Of a stretch of 64,000 bases of DNA, positions 60,671-64,000 are shown one piece after another. Each line of letters starts with the position of its first letter. The first letter of the stretch is position 1. The stretch is taken from the NCBI GenBank assembly GCA_963717505.1, contig OY970342.1, positions 1,312,001-1,376,000 on the forward strand, read 5' to 3'. Source of the DNA: Candidatus Eiseniibacteriota bacterium. GTDB lineage: Bacteria; Eisenbacteria; RBG-16-71-46. The position numbers and the translations under genes are program-made. The notes under the pieces are model-generated. The model made no database searches and was not told where the DNA came from. It worked only from the letters and a program-made list of their open reading frames with translations.

Positions 60671-61428
60671 TAGGCGGCCCCTCCCGGCGGGCGGACCGTG
60701 GGTGCGTAGCGCGCGGCGACCGCGCGGGCGTCGAGTGCGCCGGTGTACAGCGGCTGGCCGAGGATCGCGCCATGCGCGCCGGCGGCTTCGAGCGTGCGTA
60801 AGTCGCCCAGCGAGTTCACGCCGCCGGCGACGTACACCGGCAGCGTGCAGTGAGCCATGACGTCGCGCACCAGGTCGATGTCGATGCCGCCGACCCGGCC
60901 TTCACGATGCACCGCGGTGACCAGGACACCGGCCAGCGGCAACGCATGCAGGCGATGCAGGATGTCGCGGATGTCGCGTTCGACCGATCGCGTCCAGCCG
61001 CGCGTCACCACGTTCCGTTCGCGGACGTCGGCGGCCACCACCAGCGTGGCCGGGAACGCATGGGCCATGGCGGTCAGCCAATCCGGCTGCTCGATCGCGC
61101 GCGTGCCCACGATCACGCGGGCGGCGCCGGCGTTGAGCAGCCGGGTGATCCCGCCGCCCGATCGCACGCCACCCCCGGCCTGCATCGAACCGGGACGCAG
61201 GGCGAGAACGCGCTCGACCACGCGGTGGTTGGCGCCGCGGCCGAGGGCGGCGTCGAGATCGATCACGTGCAGGGCGGGGAAGCCCAGCTCGAGCCAGTCG
61301 CGCGCGGCCGCAATCGGATCCTGGGCGACGGACCCGCCGTGGAGTTCCCCTTCACGTCGGGCCTGCGCCACGCGCTGGTTCTGGACGCACAGGCCGTCGC
61401 GGATGTCGAGCGCGGGAATCGCGATCAT
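60670..61428 (-). CDS. hisA: HisA/HisF-family TIM barrel (ProFAR isomerase-like)
   Basis: IPALDIRDG, LHVIDLDAA, QAGGGVRS, VIVGTRA, VAADVR..RGW, VAGGV; ATG 61428. Confidence 0.8.
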   Translation of the reverse strand: MIAIPALDIRDGLCVQNQRVAQARREGELHGGSVAQDPIAAARDWLELGFPALHVIDLDAALGRGANHRVVERVLALRPGSMQAGGGVRSGGGITRLLNAGAARVIVGTRAIEQPDWLTAMAHAFPATLVVAADVRERNVVTRGWTRSVERDIRDILHRLHALPLAGVLVTAVHREGRVGGIDIDLVRDVMAHCTLPVYVAGGVNSLGDLRTLEAAGAHGAILGQPLYTGALDARAVAARYAPTVRPPGGAA

Positions 61429-61574
61429 GCGGACCATTCCCACCGCGGTGGGCGGACGCGCGGTCGGGGCACGGGGGTGACCGCTTCGACGGACGCTTCG
61501 ATCGTCGCGTCGTCTCGGCTCGCCACCGCCGCCACGCCCGCATCCACCGCCAGGATTGTCATGAAGTTCGGCAT
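61425..61574 (-). CDS. Putative 49-aa ORF coupled to hisA
   Basis: GAAGGA RBS, ATG 61574, MPNFMTILAVDAG...RPPRWEWSA; its TGA overlaps the hisA ATG (ATGA). Confidence 0.35.
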   Translation of the reverse strand: MPNFMTILAVDAGVAAVASRDDATIEASVEAVTPVPRPRVRPPRWEWSA

Positions 61575-61794
61575 TCGAGTGTTCCTTCACCCGGTCGCGC
61601 GCACGATGTCGCGTCGCCACCGGTCAAGAATTCGATTTTGCCTTCCCTGGAAAGCAAACGCGGCCCGTTCCGGAGGGGACGGACCGCCTGGCACTGCCTC
61701 TGAGTTCGTAGTCGCGCGCAAGCGCAACTCACGGCGGAAACGCTACGCCGATGACTATGAGCTGTCAACCGGAAAAGTTCGCGGCCTCACGTCT

Positions 61795-63669
61795 TCAGGG
61801 CTGTGTCCCGCTCAATTGGCGGGCGAGATCCTCGAGCCCCAGAAGTCGCGCGATCTCCGGAGCATCGGCGTGCTTGGGATTCAGCTGGATCAGGCGCTCC
61901 AGGGCGCGCACGGCTCCCTGTCGGTCTCCGCGCGCGCCACGCACCCGCGCCTCGACCGCCCAGTAGTCCGCGCTCTCCCCAACGATTTCATACGAGCGTT
62001 GAATGAAGACCGCCGTCGAATCGATCGAGCCCATGGCCAGATGGGTCGTCGCCCGATTCTCGTAGAGCGTTCCCAACATCGGGCCACGACTCCGGGTCAC
62101 GGCGATCGCAATCGCGTAGAGCGAGTCGGCCTGCAGGTAGCGTCCTTCGAGTTGGGCGCGCGCGCCGGCGACGAAGGTCTTCACCGTCACCGGCTCCAGC
62201 ACCGCCGCCGGATCGGGCGAAAGGTCCACGAACTCCACGAGCACATCGAATTCCTCGAAGAGTCCCGCCCGCCCGCCAAACGACCTCCAGGTCAGGGACG
62301 AATCGCGGTACCAGACGCGCGGCGCGAGATCCTCGAGGAAGCCGACCTCGGCGAAGCGTGGCAGATTCCAGAATCGAACGCGGGCGCCACGCGGCAGCTG
62401 GGGATGCGCGGCCACCAGCGCGCGACGCGCGGAGTCCACCGTCTTCTGCAGGCGAGCCAGGCGCAGGTAGGACATGTGCGACGCCGTGGGCAGCGGGTGG
62501 GGCAACACCACGTCCGGGGCCGGATGCGCGAGCAGGAGCGCCAGGAGCCGGATCCCGGCGAACGCCACCGCCAGCGCCGGATGAATCGTCGCGAGCAGAA
62601 CCCCGGCAGCCGCACCGAACACCAGCGCCGACACCCAGGCGCGCCACGCATTCCAGTCGGGCAGGAGCTGGGCCAGTGGCAGCACGGCCAGCCCGAACGC
62701 GATCGCGAGCAACACCGGTGCTCGCCAACCCTTCGCAAGGCGCTGCCGTGCCGGAGCCAGGAAACAGATGCCGATCGCCGCGATCGCGAGCAGGACATAG
62801 AGCGTGGCCATGGCCGCAGCGACCTGGGGGTGAAGATCCTCGAAGTTGAGCGCGGCCGGGATCGCGCGTCTGAACAGATCGGTGATGCTCGCGACCGAAA
62901 ACGCACCGGCGGAACGCGGGGGCAGCGCAACGCCGTGCCGCAGCGCGGAGGAATAGCCCCACGCCCACAGACCGACGACCGCGGCGAGCGAAAGCAGCGC
63001 GATGGGTTTCGGTCGCCCCTGCCGCCACGCGATCACCGGCAACGCAATCAGCGCGAGCGCGGCCGACTCGTGGCTCAGGAGGCCGAGCCCGGCTGCCGCG
63101 GCGGCAAACAGCCAACGAGACGCGAGCGCTTCGTGAACGGTGAGGACCACGAATAAGCCCGCGAGCAGATGCTGACTTCCGCTCGGCCAGGCCACCAGCG
63201 CACGCGCGGGCTCCGCAAGGATCGGCAAGACGGCGATCGCCGCCGACGGGAGCGGCGGGAGTCCTCGGCGCGCGATGCGGAACATCAGGAACGACGTGCC
63301 GGCGAGCACGAGCGCGTTCGCGAACGCTGCCACCAGCGGTGCGGTGATCAGCGTCGGCCCGATGAGCGAAAACCACGCCTGGCGGCTGAACGGGCGCCAG
63401 TAGTAGGTGGCCCCCATCGAGTCGAGCCAATCGAGCGGGTGCTGGAACGCGAGATGGAACAGAAACGCGTAGTCGTCGGCGACCGGAACGCCCGGAGTGT
63501 AGCCGCGCAGCGACCAGGCGAGGGTGGCGAGTGCGACGCCGCCGACCGCCCACGCCCATCCGGTTGTGGAAAGGCCGCGGCGACGCACGGCAACGCCGGT
63601 TCCGGTTCCCTCGGCGGCGGACTTCTGCGGAGGTCGCCCGCGCCGCGGATCCTGCTTGCGGGTCTTCAT
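61795..63669 (-). CDS. Multi-pass membrane protein (GT-C/PMT-like topology) with C-terminal TPR-like helices
   Basis: ADDYAF and YWRP after TM1, LLSHESA, about 10 hydrophobic segments, helical C-terminus ALERLIQLNPKHADA; ATG overlaps the upstream stop. Confidence 0.6.
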   Translation of the reverse strand: MKTRKQDPRRGRPPQKSAAEGTGTGVAVRRRGLSTTGWAWAVGGVALATLAWSLRGYTPGVPVADDYAFLFHLAFQHPLDWLDSMGATYYWRPFSRQAWFSLIGPTLITAPLVAAFANALVLAGTSFLMFRIARRGLPPLPSAAIAVLPILAEPARALVAWPSGSQHLLAGLFVVLTVHEALASRWLFAAAAAGLGLLSHESAALALIALPVIAWRQGRPKPIALLSLAAVVGLWAWGYSSALRHGVALPPRSAGAFSVASITDLFRRAIPAALNFEDLHPQVAAAMATLYVLLAIAAIGICFLAPARQRLAKGWRAPVLLAIAFGLAVLPLAQLLPDWNAWRAWVSALVFGAAAGVLLATIHPALAVAFAGIRLLALLLAHPAPDVVLPHPLPTASHMSYLRLARLQKTVDSARRALVAAHPQLPRGARVRFWNLPRFAEVGFLEDLAPRVWYRDSSLTWRSFGGRAGLFEEFDVLVEFVDLSPDPAAVLEPVTVKTFVAGARAQLEGRYLQADSLYAIAIAVTRSRGPMLGTLYENRATTHLAMGSIDSTAVFIQRSYEIVGESADYWAVEARVRGARGDRQGAVRALERLIQLNPKHADAPEIARLLGLEDLARQLSGTQP

Positions 63670-64000
63670 GAGGTCGGTCCCGCCGAAGAGTCAACGACCG
63701 CGGGCGCTGTGTTCGCGGAGTCAGGGGTACTCACCGGGAACAGGACCTCCCGTGCCGGACCGTTGAGTGTGACGCGCAGGGAATCCGCCGCCGGCAACGC
63801 CTCGGGTGCAAGCACGCCCTTGGCGATCATTGCGCGGCCGATGAAGTGCATCTGGTCGCGCGCATAGGGACGCAGCGCCCCGGCGTCGTCGAATCGCCAT
63901 CGCCACTTGCGCGGCGCCGGAATCACGGTCGCCAGGAACAGCGCCTCGGCGGTGGTGACGACGCCGGCATCGTGTCCGAAATAGTAGTGAGCGGCCTCGT
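63666..64000 (-). CDS. C-terminus of a GT51 peptidoglycan transglycosylase-domain protein, 5' end outside the window
   Basis: Manual translation EAAHYYFGHDA..VTTAEALFLATVIPAPRKW (AAxxYF motif). Confidence 0.7.
   Translation of the reverse strand, partial: EAAHYYFGHDAGVVTTAEALFLATVIPAPRKWRWRFDDAGALRPYARDQMHFIGRAMIAKGVLAPEALPAADSLRVTLNGPAREVLFPVSTPDSANTAPAVVDSSAGPTS

Overview
GC-rich bacterial window, most plausibly FCB-superphylum (Ca. Eisenbacteria-like; inferred from seven secreted proteins ending in an FlgD/T9SS-type C-terminal domain plus a PorV-like barrel). In order: tmk-like kinase/sixA, thermonuclease, FG-GAP and Kelch surface proteins and an M14 peptidase; an arginine operon argR-C-B-D-G-H(A)-F with tandem ARG boxes, heavily frameshifted (probably sequence errors); a ~27 kb LacI-controlled glycan locus (16.8-43.9 kb) whose enzymes (two GH144, one NdvB-type GH94, one GH1) point to beta-1,2-glucan, with an ABC importer and a SusD-less TonB receptor / large CTD protein / PorV-like trio; a BNR protein, CPBP protease and membrane protein; a ~2650 aa DUF11-repeat plus beta-barrel surface protein with a coupled helical partner; then fhs, DUF502, a small OM barrel, hisN/hisA, a membrane protein and a partial GT51 transglycosylase. 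Three promoter/operator cassettes with identical spacing (TTGACR-N14-TGKAAYCGTTTWCA) outline the LacI regulon and link to it an uncharacterised protein with a tandemly duplicated domain. No rRNA, tRNA, CRISPR array or mobile element was recognised. All family calls are by motif recognition, not database search.
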